DNA of 64,000 nucleotides from Candidatus Firestoneibacteriota bacterium (GTDB lineage Bacteria; Oederibacteriota; D2-FULL-39-29; CAIOVX01): NCBI GenBank assembly GCA_903861835.1, contig CAIOVX010000091.1, positions 47,610 to 111,609 of the forward strand, read 5' to 3'. Shown piece by piece: positions 1 to 9,412 of this stretch (position 1 is its first letter; each line of letters starts with the position of its first letter). The notes under the pieces were generated by a model. It saw only the letters and a program-made list of their open reading frames with translations, ran no database searches and was not told where the DNA came from. The position numbers and the translations under genes were made by a program.

Positions 1-1060
1 GATACCTGATAAACCGAAAAACAGGCAGCGCATTATAAAGATTAGCATAAAGCGGGGTCGACGATCCGAGGGCATACAGAACGAAGAATGCAAAAGCCGA
101 TAAGTAAAATATTGTTTCCGGCTTTTTCCTGTTAACGCCTAAAAATACAGCAAAGACAAACGGAAGCAGCCCGCAATAAAGCGCCGTTGCCCAGTACTGA
201 AGTCCTCCGCCCTGCCGGTAAGCCGAGACTGCCGGATTTCCCGAAAAATCAGGGAAAACAAAGTTCAGAAGGTTGCTTAACGGGAGTGAGAGCCTGGAAG
301 CTTCCTGCAAACCCAATCCGGAAGACCTGAGCGAATTAAAAACATACTCAATGAAAGGAAATAGTTGCGCCGCTGAAAGCAACAGCGCGAGCGCGGCCGC
401 GGCGGCCAGAGAAAGAGACCTTTTTACCCATTTTTTCCCGGTAAGAATAAAATACACAAGATAAAGCGCGAGGAAAACGAAAGTGTAGAGAAAAATCTGG
501 GCGCTGCCGGCGAATATCTGCATGGCAAGCGCGAACACAAGCGCCAGGAACCATCCGAGCTTCCCCTCTTCGTTGAATTTCTTGAAGGAAAGCGCTGCGA
601 GCGGCAGCCAGACGGAAGCCGCGAAGACGCTCATAAACTCTAACCGGTTTGTCAGGTGCCCGTTCAACACAAACACCAGGCCGGAAAGCAGCGAGGCCCA
701 GGCTGAAAGTTTAAAGCTTCTCGCAAGCGCAAAGGTAAAGAGAGCTCCGAGAAGCATGTTGGCAAAGAAAAATGTTTTGAAGGCAGCGGCGTAAGGCATT
801 ACATAGAAAAACATTTTGAGCGGGTAAAAAACCGCCGACTGCAGATTTGCCAAAAACGGCGCCCCGCAGAACGAATAAGGGTTCCAGAGTGGCAGATCGC
901 CTGAGCGGATGGAGGCTGAAGCGAATTCCTGCCAGGGATAGAATTGAAGAGCGCTGTCGCGAAAAAAAGGAAGACGTCCCGTAAAGAACATTTCGGCCCA
1001 AAAAAGCGCTATAAAAATCGAGAACGTGAGCGCGGCCGGAAGGAGCTCGTGCCTTTTCAA
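1..1060 (-). CDS. YfhO-family membrane protein, N-terminal ~353 codons; the 3' end lies beyond the window start
   Basis: Continuous stop-free minus-strand frame from ~1060 down to nt 1. It is absent from the ORF track only because it runs off the edge. The translation has TM helices and the post-TM1 motif RDSALQFYPWQEF...LPLWNPYSFCGAPFLANLQSAVFYPL typical of YfhO. The likely start is TTG at 1058-1060, preceded by AAGGA. Confidence 0.55.
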   Translation of the reverse strand, partial: MKRHELLPAALTFSIFIALFWAEMFFTGRLPFFRDSALQFYPWQEFASASIRSGDLPLWNPYSFCGAPFLANLQSAVFYPLKMFFYVMPYAAAFKTFFFANMLLGALFTFALARSFKLSAWASLLSGLVFVLNGHLTNRLEFMSVFAASVWLPLAALSFKKFNEEGKLGWFLALVFALAMQIFAGSAQIFLYTFVFLALYLVYFILTGKKWVKRSLSLAAAAALALLLSAAQLFPFIEYVFNSLRSSGLGLQEASRLSLPLSNLLNFVFPDFSGNPAVSAYRQGGGLQYWATALYCGLLPFVFAVFLGVNRKKPETIFYLSAFAFFVLYALGSSTPLYANLYNALPVFRFIRY

Positions 1061-1716
1061 AGATCCTTCTCCAGCTCCGCTATCTGCTCGTCAGCCTTGC
1101 GTATAGTTTCCCGCAGATCCTTTAGTTCTGTAAGCAGGCGGTCTCTCTTCTCGCGAAAACTCTTAAACTCATCTTCCTTTAGCGCGCGCAGTTCTTTTAA
1201 TCTTGCTGCTGCGTTAACTTCCAGCGGGTTGCGTTTAACTATCTTTTCGTAGACTTCCATTGCCTCATCGAGCAAGCCCTGTTTAAAATAGACTTCCGCC
1301 ATGGTTACAGTTTCCATTCCGGGATTTTTTTCCGCCGGACTTTCAGCTGCAGCCGAAGCAATTGAGTTGATCTTTTCACCGGCGGCTTTTGCCAGCTCAG
1401 GGTTCCCGGCCGTGCGGTAAATGCCCTCCAGCAGAGTGTGGGCCATAATATTATCGGGGTCTATTTCCGTCACCTTTTTCAGTTCTTCGGCTGCTTCAGC
1501 GGAACGGTTCTTTTCCAGACGCAGTTTAGCCAGGAAAAGTCGCGCGCTAATATAGTCGGGATGGTAAGAAAGGCCTTTCACGCAGAGTTCTGCGGCCTCT
1601 TCATACATAGCGTTATTGCGGTAGATTTCCGCCAGCGGCAAAAAGATCAGGCCAGCCGGGTTTTCGGCAAGTTTTTTGCGGTATTCCTGTATTTCTATTT
1701 CAGTATCTTTGTCCAT
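1057..1716 (-). CDS. Tetratricopeptide-repeat protein
   Basis: Alternating A/L/Y-rich helical repeats typical of TPR, e.g. AMYEEAAELCVKGLSYHPDYISARLFLAKL. I placed the start at the ATG at 1716 (MDKDTEIE); the ORF-track start at 1761 is a TTG. Confidence 0.55.
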   Translation of the reverse strand: MDKDTEIEIQEYRKKLAENPAGLIFLPLAEIYRNNAMYEEAAELCVKGLSYHPDYISARLFLAKLRLEKNRSAEAAEELKKVTEIDPDNIMAHTLLEGIYRTAGNPELAKAAGEKINSIASAAAESPAEKNPGMETVTMAEVYFKQGLLDEAMEVYEKIVKRNPLEVNAAARLKELRALKEDEFKSFREKRDRLLTELKDLRETIRKADEQIAELEKDL

Positions 1717-1741
1717 ATAACCTACTTTACCATAATTGAAT

Positions 1742-2248
1742 TTAATATGAAAGCAGGCCAAAAACAGCTGTTGCTGTTTTGGCAGGTGTGAGTTTTGAGG
1801 TATCCAGCAGCAGGTCGGCGTGTTTAGCGTAGAGCGGGAAGCGTTCCGAAATTAGTTCTTCCACCTTCTTCTTCCGGTTGGCGCTGTTAAGCAGCGGCCG
1901 GGAAGAGTCTTTTTTTAATCTTTTCAGTATTGCTTCCGGGGACGAGAGCAGACAGACCAGGATTCCGTTCTTTTTTAAAGCCCTGATGTTTGAGGCATCC
2001 TTTATGGCTCCGCCTCCCGCCGCTATCACTGCGTTTTTCTCTTTGGCCAGTCCGGACAGGACACTCCTTTCCAGCCGGCGGAAATACGCTTCGCCGCTTT
2101 GCTCAAATATAGTTTTAATGCTTCTCCCCTCTATTTTTTCCATCAGTTTATCGGAATCAAAGAAACAGAAAGAGAGTTTCTTTGCCAGCAGTTTACCGGA
2201 AGAAGTTTTCCCTGAAGCCATTATGCCGAGCAGGACTACATTTTTCAT
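1742..2248 (-). CDS. aroK: Shikimate kinase
   Basis: 168 aa with a Walker A motif (GIMASGKTSSGKLLAKKL) and shikimate kinase length and architecture. Its start overlaps the aroC stop in an ATGA. Confidence 0.85.
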   Translation of the reverse strand: MKNVVLLGIMASGKTSSGKLLAKKLSFCFFDSDKLMEKIEGRSIKTIFEQSGEAYFRRLERSVLSGLAKEKNAVIAAGGGAIKDASNIRALKKNGILVCLLSSPEAILKRLKKDSSRPLLNSANRKKKVEELISERFPLYAKHADLLLDTSKLTPAKTATAVFGLLSY

Positions 2249-3366
2249 CTAAAGGCTGCCCCTGCCTGTTTAAGGTAACCATTCATGTTCCTCTCGACTT
2301 CCCTGATAGAATCTCCGCCGGTCTTTTCCAGCAGAGCGCGTGCGAGTTCGAACGAGAGCGCAGCCTCACCCACAACACAGGCGGCCGGGACTGCGCATAT
2401 ATCGGAGCGTTCCACAGACGCCGGAGACTGCTTTCCCGTAACAAGGTCTACTGATTTGAGAGGTGAATAAAGAGTCGCTATAGGTTTCATCGCCGCACGG
2501 ACTACTATATCGGAACCGTTGGACATACCGCCCTCTATACCTCCGCAGTTATTGCTTCCGCGGACTATTCTTTTCCCTGATTTTACTATTGAATCATGCA
2601 GGCGTGAACCGGGTATCAGCGCCGAAGCGAAACCGGCTCCGAACTCAACTCCCTTGATTGCCTGGATGCTGAGTATCGACCGCGCGATCTTCCCGTCAAG
2701 TTTTAGGTCCCACTGGACATGCGAACCCAACCCGGGAGGCACGTTCTTTGCTATGAGTTCAAAGACTCCGCCGACCGTGTCCTTCCTTTTCGCGGCAGCG
2801 TCTATTTCCGCCCTCATCATTTTTGCCGCTTTCTTGTCCGGACAGCTCAAATCTGAAGCCCGAATCGCGGGAATATCGCTCACGTTCAAGCGGCAATCGC
2901 AGAAAACCCTTCCTATTGAGATGACATAACCGAAGACCGTTATACCGAAACGGGAGAGCAGCTGTCTCGCAACTGCTCCCGCCGCGACTCTTGCCGCGGT
3001 CTCGCGCGCGCTGGCCCGCTCTAAGATATCCCGCGCATCCCTGGTCCCGTACTTTAGCGCTCCGGCAAGATCAGCGTGACCCGGTCGCGGAACCCTGACT
3101 TCCGGCGCCGTGTCTATCCTTTCATCTTTATTGGGAATCATCAGTGTTATCGGGCTTCCGAGCGTAATACCTTTGCGCAGCCCTGAGAGCGCCTCTACCC
3201 GGTCTTTCTCTATGAGCATGCGCCCGCCACGGCCGTAGCCCTTCTGGCGTTCTGCCAGCTCTGAATTAATTTGATCAAGATCCAGTTTTAAGCCCGCGGG
3301 GATGCCTTCTATCAGAGCAATAAGAGCTTTCCCGTGGGATTCCCCGGCAGTCCTGAAATTAAGCAT
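2245..3366 (-). CDS. aroC: Chorismate synthase
   Basis: Conserved N-terminus LNFRTAGESHG and chorismate synthase length. The start is refined to the ATG at 3366, which has an AAAAGGAGAA RBS upstream. Confidence 0.9.
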   Translation of the reverse strand: MLNFRTAGESHGKALIALIEGIPAGLKLDLDQINSELAERQKGYGRGGRMLIEKDRVEALSGLRKGITLGSPITLMIPNKDERIDTAPEVRVPRPGHADLAGALKYGTRDARDILERASARETAARVAAGAVARQLLSRFGITVFGYVISIGRVFCDCRLNVSDIPAIRASDLSCPDKKAAKMMRAEIDAAAKRKDTVGGVFELIAKNVPPGLGSHVQWDLKLDGKIARSILSIQAIKGVEFGAGFASALIPGSRLHDSIVKSGKRIVRGSNNCGGIEGGMSNGSDIVVRAAMKPIATLYSPLKSVDLVTGKQSPASVERSDICAVPAACVVGEAALSFELARALLEKTGGDSIREVERNMNGYLKQAGAAFR

Positions 3367-3421
3367 AAGTTCTCCTTTTAAACACATCTCACCGGCTAAA
3401 AACAGTTAGACCTGATCCGCC

Positions 3422-3449
3422 TAATCTCTTTTTCTAATCTGCGTAATCA
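3422..3449 (-). promoter_or_regulatory. GATTA-array motif (sense: tGATTACGCAGATTAGAAAAAGAGATTAg), 35-62 nt upstream of aroC
   Basis: One of 4 occurrences in the window of the ATTACGC(A/T)GATTA core with flanking GATTA repeats. Confidence 0.5.
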
Positions 3450-3454
3450 TTTAC

Positions 3455-3487
3455 AAAAACAGCCTGCAAGCTCGCGCCGGCAGGCTG
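3455..3487 (-). terminator. Rho-independent terminator downstream of pilQ
   Basis: An 8-bp GC-rich stem (CAGCCTGC / GCAGGCTG) with a 12-nt loop, followed on the minus strand by TTTTTGT. Confidence 0.5.
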
Positions 3488-3509
3488 TCGATGATAGCTT
3501 AAACAGAAC

Positions 3510-5255
3510 TTATTCCAGAATACGCGGCGTAATCAAAACCACAAGGTCTCTCTTCGTGGTCTTTGTATACGTGCTCGAGAAAAGCAGCGGTCCGAGCAGG
3601 GGAATATCCCCAAGTATCGGAACCTTCGCCACTACTTTCGTTTCGTCGTCTCTGAGCATCCCGCCTATGACCAGAGTCTCTCCGTCCTTTACAAGCACGG
3701 TGGTAGAGGCCGTTCTGGAATCAACAACCGGCGGCGGTCCGGGATTAACTACCGAGCTTACGGTAGGAATAACCTGCAGAGTTATAAAACCGTTCCTGTT
3801 AACCTGCGGAGTAACCGAAAGGGTCACGCCGGCGTCTACTGAGGAGTAACTTGCCACTCCAGTTGACTGGTTGTAGGAGGCAAGGTAAGGGTAGGCCTGT
3901 GAAATATTCATAGTTGCAGTTGTATTATCCAGAGTGGTTATTCTCGGGCTGGCCTTAACATTGGCCTCATTATTCTGTATCAGCATGTTCAAACTCGCCC
4001 AGAAATTAGTGGCGCCCGCCACGCCAAACTGCAGACTGCCGGAGTTTGAAGTAGTTGCCTGCGCCGGAGCAACCGTGCCGCGGAAAACGGAATTTCCGCC
4101 CGGAGGATAAATATCCGTGCCTATCGGGCTTGTCTGTCCGCCGCCCTGCACATCCCACCTTATGCCGAGGTTCTGTTCGGCGGTGTAATTAATATCCAGG
4201 AGCTTCGCTTCAATGCTGACCTGTGCCGTCTTCTCGTCAAGCTTCTTAACCAGCCCTGCAACTTCCTCCTGCTTTTTAGAGATGTCGGTAACTATCAGAG
4301 CGTTGGTCCTGGCATCGGCCTGAATCTTTCCTTTTGAACTCAGAAACGGCTGAATAGTCCCGGAAACAATCGCCGCCTTCGCGAAGCTGAGTCCGTAAGT
4401 CCTGGTCTCCAGCAGGGCAGATTCGGTTTCCGTGTTGATCTCGGCAGGAGTCGCTATTCTTATAATATTCCCTTCAATCTCATACGCATAACCATTCTGC
4501 TTCAAAATCAGGTCCAGTACTTTTCGTAAAGTAACATTGCTGAGCTGTATGCTCGGGATGGTGCCGCTGATGCTCTTGCTTGTAACCAGGTTGAACCCGG
4601 CCTCGGTGCAGAGCATATTCAATAATGAGGGAAGATCTGCATTGAGGATGTTTATATGTTCAACCAGCTGATCAATGTTGCCTTTTTTACCTATGACATG
4701 GCCGAAAACAAGTTCGGAATCCGAGGACTTGCTCTCCGTCTTTGCGACTTCATCGCCTGTGACCTGGGCTACCTTATCCATTGAGCCGGCGGAATCCTCG
4801 ACAGGCTTAGCCTGCGCCGGCTTCGCGGCCGGTTCTTTTACAGCAGCCTGTTTTGGCGCCGGCGTGACTGCGGATGCCGGTTTCAGAGAAAGACCTACAC
4901 TTCCTTTCGCAGAAAGCACCGTAAAATCGCACCGCACAGAAGTCGTCAGCGTATAGCGCACGACAGATTTGTCATACTGCTCAGATTTGATCTTCGTTAC
5001 GAGCATCCCGTAAACAGGCGCCTCTTCTCCTGCGCCTGAAAGCACGGCGGGAACGACGTCCAGCAGGATGTTTTCGCCGGATTTGGAAGGGCTGACAGCC
5101 CTGACAACAGCGTCTCCGCTCTTCAGCGGAACTTCTATTTTTACCTCTTTCATGTCGCCGGAGGCCGAGATCTTGCCGAGCTGAGCCGGGTCCTGCGCGA
5201 ACACCGCGCCGGCGAGGCACACTCCCAAAAGCCCGATAAGTTTTATCATTTTCAT
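3510..5255 (-). CDS. pilQ: Type IV pilus secretin
   Basis: Signal peptide; a secretin C-domain with a Gly/Thr/Asn-rich region and the terminal motif VVLITPRILE. It is clustered with pilMNO. Confidence 0.85.
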   Translation of the reverse strand: MKMIKLIGLLGVCLAGAVFAQDPAQLGKISASGDMKEVKIEVPLKSGDAVVRAVSPSKSGENILLDVVPAVLSGAGEEAPVYGMLVTKIKSEQYDKSVVRYTLTTSVRCDFTVLSAKGSVGLSLKPASAVTPAPKQAAVKEPAAKPAQAKPVEDSAGSMDKVAQVTGDEVAKTESKSSDSELVFGHVIGKKGNIDQLVEHINILNADLPSLLNMLCTEAGFNLVTSKSISGTIPSIQLSNVTLRKVLDLILKQNGYAYEIEGNIIRIATPAEINTETESALLETRTYGLSFAKAAIVSGTIQPFLSSKGKIQADARTNALIVTDISKKQEEVAGLVKKLDEKTAQVSIEAKLLDINYTAEQNLGIRWDVQGGGQTSPIGTDIYPPGGNSVFRGTVAPAQATTSNSGSLQFGVAGATNFWASLNMLIQNNEANVKASPRITTLDNTTATMNISQAYPYLASYNQSTGVASYSSVDAGVTLSVTPQVNRNGFITLQVIPTVSSVVNPGPPPVVDSRTASTTVLVKDGETLVIGGMLRDDETKVVAKVPILGDIPLLGPLLFSSTYTKTTKRDLVVLITPRILE

Positions 5256-5306
5256 GATTCTCTCCTTAATATCGGCGCGTTAACGCCATGAAAAATTACA
5301 GCTATT

Positions 5307-6230
5307 TCAGCGGCTTCTGGGCATCTCAAACAAACGCTGTTTTATGCTGCCCGAGACCGGATCAGTCTGTTTCAGTTCAACTCTTCCGCCGTCATAACTG
5401 CCCTCTACATTCTTTATTATGTCTGTTTTATCTTTATTGTAGAGCTTGCTGCCTATCAGGTAGTAGGGAACATTGCTGCCGTCCACAAGAACGGCGAGTT
5501 TGGTTTTGCTGAGCACAATAACACTTTCAAGGCGGAGCGACATTATATTCAGTTCCGAAGCCACCTGCTGCAGTTCGTTCCCTGAAAGCGACTTAAACGG
5601 ATCCTTGGCAGAATCCTGCGTGTAGCGGTAAAGAGGCTCAATTGCCCTCTCGTTAACCTCCGCCTTCGAGATATTGTCCGCGGATGCAAGGTCAGCTGTT
5701 AGGACAAAGGCTTTCAATATAGCCGTAACATTCAGGCTGCCCCTCTGGTCCGCGCTTGCCGAAAACTGGCAATCCGCGCAATTAATAAGCCTCGTTGAAT
5801 ATCCGAGCCTGGTAAGAAACTGTCCCAGATCCGTATAATCACAGATAAGGCTAAGCTTTATAGGCATCTCGGAAAAGAAACCCTTGGCATTTGCGACGGG
5901 CTTCTGGAACTCAAGCGACATAACCGAAATATTCTTTTCGGCAGCAACCCTGCTGATTTCTTTTATTATACCCGGCTGGTCATCTGTCTTCGTAAGCCTT
6001 TTCCTGGTGAAATTCAGGTCGCGCTCAAGATCAATATTTTGGGCCTTGAGCACTTCCACCTGTTTAACCTTAATCTTCGCGTCATCAAGTTCCTGCTGCT
6101 TCTTGCTCAACTCGTTTTCCAGCCCGCTTATCTGCGCTGAAAGAGGCATATATAGGAAATAGACATAGCAGAAGATGGCGGCGACGACGCCGACTATTAT
6201 GGCTGCCCCTTTCTGCTGTTCTTGGTTCAT
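5307..6230 (-). CDS. pilO: Type IV pilus assembly protein PilO with a PilP-like C-terminal extension (apparent PilO-PilP fusion)
   Basis: N-terminal TM helix plus coiled coil and a PilO-like periplasmic domain of about 190 aa. An extra ~115 aa follows that contains a DPF motif (RYTQDSAKDPFKSL) of the kind seen in PilP. No separate pilP gene lies between pilO and pilQ. Confidence 0.6.
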   Translation of the reverse strand: MNQEQQKGAAIIVGVVAAIFCYVYFLYMPLSAQISGLENELSKKQQELDDAKIKVKQVEVLKAQNIDLERDLNFTRKRLTKTDDQPGIIKEISRVAAEKNISVMSLEFQKPVANAKGFFSEMPIKLSLICDYTDLGQFLTRLGYSTRLINCADCQFSASADQRGSLNVTAILKAFVLTADLASADNISKAEVNERAIEPLYRYTQDSAKDPFKSLSGNELQQVASELNIMSLRLESVIVLSKTKLAVLVDGSNVPYYLIGSKLYNKDKTDIIKNVEGSYDGGRVELKQTDPVSGSIKQRLFEMPRSR

Positions 6231-6242
6231 AACCCCGCCTTC

Positions 6243-7334
6243 CTATTGAACTCTGAAAGTATTAATAATCGATTCAAAATCTTCCCAGCTCGCGTCGAAG
6301 CCCGAAGAAATATCGGTGCAGGTGATAACAAACCCGACGGAGTTCTTAACGAAATAGATTCTTCTCTGTTTCATTTCCAGCTGCTTGCCGGTTTCCAGTT
6401 TTGAAAGAGTCCTAAAGATAATGACGGTTTCATAACACCTGAGGTTCCTTATAAAGACTTCCCTCTCGGCAACCCTGCCGTAACCTTTTACTGATTTCTT
6501 GATTGACTCTTCCACGGCAAACGCATAATCTTTTGAATTTTTGTAGCGCTCCGTAATCTTACCAGAAGCCAGGGTCACATTTGGAGAAAATTTGCCGGAA
6601 TTTTTCTTCTTGTCCCTGGTGATGACTGCCAGGATGTTCGAAAGCGGTGTTTTATCAGAAACGGTCCAGCCCGCAGATTTTGAGAGGATGCAGCCAAGTT
6701 CTGTGTTCACATAAGTTCCGTCGAAGATACCGGTCTTGCCTGCTTCCTTTATCCCTATTATTTTCGGCGGCAGGATCTTGCTGTCTTCAATAGAGGTGAA
6801 GGTTATCCTAAAATTGTAGGTGCGCATGCCGGCGGCAGTTGTATCCGTCATCGTTGAAAGCGAGACATTCCTGAAGAACTTAGAAGAGTTCAGGCGGATA
6901 AGCAAATCCGCGATAACTTCCTTGAAAAGACTCATGCCGGAACAGGTATAAGTCCTCGTGCCGTTAACTTCCTTCTTGTTGTTTAACGATATTATCCAGA
7001 GGTTGTTAGGAACACACTTTCCAAAATCATCCACAAGGAGTATCCACAACGCCTGCTCTTGCTGCAGGTCATCAATAGATTTTAGCCGCTCTTCAACGGC
7101 CTTGGTCTTGGCGTTAAGGAGCTCAATATCAGCAAGTGTTTTTGCGTACTTAGTCCTTTCAACCTCAACCCGGCTGATGTCTCCTTTCGTATTTGATACC
7201 TGCGTTACCATATAAAGATAGATGAGCGCCATTATTGCAACAAGCAGTACGGCGCTTACGATAGCAATAGCCAGTATCCGGGCCATTCTCTTGGCTTTAA
7301 AATAACTATCGGGGACCAGGTTTAATTCAAGCAT
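6243..7334 (-). CDS. pilN: Type IV pilus assembly protein PilN with a ~180-aa C-terminal extension of unknown function
   Basis: The N-terminal 180 aa (TM, coiled coil, ferredoxin-like domain) resemble PilN. The protein is 363 aa, about twice normal PilN length. It is adjacent to pilM. Confidence 0.55.
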   Translation of the reverse strand: MLELNLVPDSYFKAKRMARILAIAIVSAVLLVAIMALIYLYMVTQVSNTKGDISRVEVERTKYAKTLADIELLNAKTKAVEERLKSIDDLQQEQALWILLVDDFGKCVPNNLWIISLNNKKEVNGTRTYTCSGMSLFKEVIADLLIRLNSSKFFRNVSLSTMTDTTAAGMRTYNFRITFTSIEDSKILPPKIIGIKEAGKTGIFDGTYVNTELGCILSKSAGWTVSDKTPLSNILAVITRDKKKNSGKFSPNVTLASGKITERYKNSKDYAFAVEESIKKSVKGYGRVAEREVFIRNLRCYETVIIFRTLSKLETGKQLEMKQRRIYFVKNSVGFVITCTDISSGFDASWEDFESIINTFRVQ

Positions 7335-8416
7335 TATTTTGGCCTCCGCAGAGAAAGCCCAAAACTGACCGGAGCATAAAGGCCCGATTCTTTCAGCTTA
7401 AGTTCTATCTCAGCATCTTCCCTCTCGAGATCCTTAAAAGCGTCAAAAAGCTCAACCGGGAGTTTCATCCTTTCGCTTATAAATTTATCAAGGTTCCTGA
7501 GTTTCGCAGAACCGCCCGAAAGCACAATTTTTGCGATTGACTTTTTCTTGGCTGAAGATTCATAAAAATCAAACGCCCTTCTGACTTCCGTTATGAGTTT
7601 ATTTATAGTGGGCACCATGGCGCCGTAAACCCTTATCTTTTTGTCGTCCTTGCTCGGTATCCTGGTGAGCTTAGTCTCTTCACTTTCTATTATTATGCCG
7701 CCTGTTTCTCTTTTTATTTTTTCCGCTTCAGGAAAGGTGCAGGCCAGCTCGCGGGCGATATCCTTCGTCAGCAGTGCCCCAGCATACGGTATGTCCCTGG
7801 AATAGACAGTCACACCGCCCTCAACTATATTTATATTGGAGTACTTGGCGCCTATATTAAGCAGCGCGACCACCTCTTCCTCTTTTACGCCGTAAACCGC
7901 TTCGTAGGCGTTCTGCAGGGCAAAGCAGTCAACATCAATAACGCCTATGTCAAAGCCAAGGCTCTTGACTAGAGAAATGTATTGATTAACAACTTCTTCC
8001 TTTATGGCGACAAGCAGAACTTCAATTTTCCTCTGCCCTTCCTCCATAATCTCTCCAAGAATAGAGAAATCAAGAACGCACTCATTTATATTGAAAGGCA
8101 CATACTGCTCGCCATCTATCCTGATGGTGCTTTTCAATTCTTCTTTTGTCATGTAGGGAAGTTTTATGTAGCGGACAATTACCTGCTCTCCGGAAACTGA
8201 GAGACTCAGACTTGCGCCTTTGATATTATTATCGGAAAGGACTCTCTTAACCGCGTTAAGAACGAGGAGGCTTCTCTGCGCGGGATCCATTGCCTCGGTC
8301 AGTTCTTCTGAAATATCAAGAACGCCGAAATTGACGACAGAATATTTCCCGCCTTTTTCTTTAAGCTGGCAGGCTTTAACACTGTAGGAGCCTATGTCAA
8401 GCCCTATATGCGACAT
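7334..8416 (-). CDS. pilM: Type IV pilus assembly ATPase-like protein PilM
   Basis: Actin-like fold N-terminus MSHIGLDIGSYSVKACQL. It is 360 aa and sits immediately upstream of pilN. Confidence 0.85.
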   Translation of the reverse strand: MSHIGLDIGSYSVKACQLKEKGGKYSVVNFGVLDISEELTEAMDPAQRSLLVLNAVKRVLSDNNIKGASLSLSVSGEQVIVRYIKLPYMTKEELKSTIRIDGEQYVPFNINECVLDFSILGEIMEEGQRKIEVLLVAIKEEVVNQYISLVKSLGFDIGVIDVDCFALQNAYEAVYGVKEEEVVALLNIGAKYSNINIVEGGVTVYSRDIPYAGALLTKDIARELACTFPEAEKIKRETGGIIIESEETKLTRIPSKDDKKIRVYGAMVPTINKLITEVRRAFDFYESSAKKKSIAKIVLSGGSAKLRNLDKFISERMKLPVELFDAFKDLEREDAEIELKLKESGLYAPVSFGLSLRRPK

Positions 8417-8532
8417 TTATCCACCGCCCTAAATAACTAAAATCAATAAACTCTGACCTGCGCTCCTGTTGCCCAAAACAGCAGTATTCGTAATAATACT
8501 ATCAAACACTAAGTATTTAGTCAACAAGCATA

Positions 8533-9312
8533 CTAATTGCGCGGCAAGAGGGGCATTGCCAAATAAATCAATTTATCCCCTAAGAAAAGCACGGCCAAAG
8601 CGCTTGCCGCTATATAGGGTCCGAACGGTATCATAGCCTTACGGTTTAGGACCTTAAATCCTATTAAAACTAAGCTTATTAATGCTCCTATCATAAATGA
8701 AACAAAGAGCATTGCTATCGCTCCTTTCCAGCCAAGAAAAGCGCCTATTGCTCCGGCAAGGTAAACATCCCCTCCGCCCATCCCCTCTTTCTTGAATAAT
8801 ATGATGCTCGCCATTCCTATGATGTAGAGAATACCTGCCCCGGTAATAACGCCAAGCAATGAATTCCAGGGGTTTCCTCCGGGCAGCAAACTCAAGAATA
8901 ATCCGGCGAGGACCAGCGGGATAGTGGTAGCTTCGAATATATATTGCGTGTCAAAATCAATAAACCCGATAATTATCAAGAATCCGGTCAGTATTACGCC
9001 TCTCAGCAATGCGAAAGAAACGCCAAAGTTAAGATATAGTAACAGGAAAAGCAAACCTGTCAAAGCCTCAACCAGCGGATATCTAAATGAAATTGCAGTA
9101 CTGCAGTTTCTGCATTTACCTTTAAGCAGAAAGTAACTCAGCACCGGAATATTATCGTACCACTCTATAGGTTTTTTGCATTTCGGGCAGAAGGAGTTGG
9201 GAAACATTATAGATCGTTTTGTGGGAATGCGAAAAATACATACATTAAAAAAACTGCCGAATATTAGGCCGGTTAAGAAAACAATTACAGCTTGAAAAGT
9301 CTGCTCTGTCAA
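8533..9312 (-). CDS. pilD: Prepilin peptidase (A24 family)
   Basis: N-terminal Cys-rich zinc-binding motif (FPNSFCPKCKKPIEWYDNIPVLSY...CRNC) followed by a multi-TM A24 peptidase domain. Confidence 0.85.
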   Translation of the reverse strand: MTEQTFQAVIVFLTGLIFGSFFNVCIFRIPTKRSIMFPNSFCPKCKKPIEWYDNIPVLSYFLLKGKCRNCSTAISFRYPLVEALTGLLFLLLYLNFGVSFALLRGVILTGFLIIIGFIDFDTQYIFEATTIPLVLAGLFLSLLPGGNPWNSLLGVITGAGILYIIGMASIILFKKEGMGGGDVYLAGAIGAFLGWKGAIAMLFVSFMIGALISLVLIGFKVLNRKAMIPFGPYIAASALAVLFLGDKLIYLAMPLLPRN

Positions 9313-9412
9313 TTTTCCCCTGTACTATATTGGCTTAGAGAACTTAATTCTCAACATCTATTCACATTATAACAATAAAGCCTATATTCGTCAATCTGAA
9401 ATCAAGACAGGG

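Noticed and set aside
348-1252. Tracked ORFs 348-554(-), 522-794(+), 711-1001(-) and 944-1252(+)
   Set aside because: All overlap the long open YfhO frame or the TPR gene. Their products are low-complexity and Arg/Ser-rich with no motifs. They are treated as spurious.
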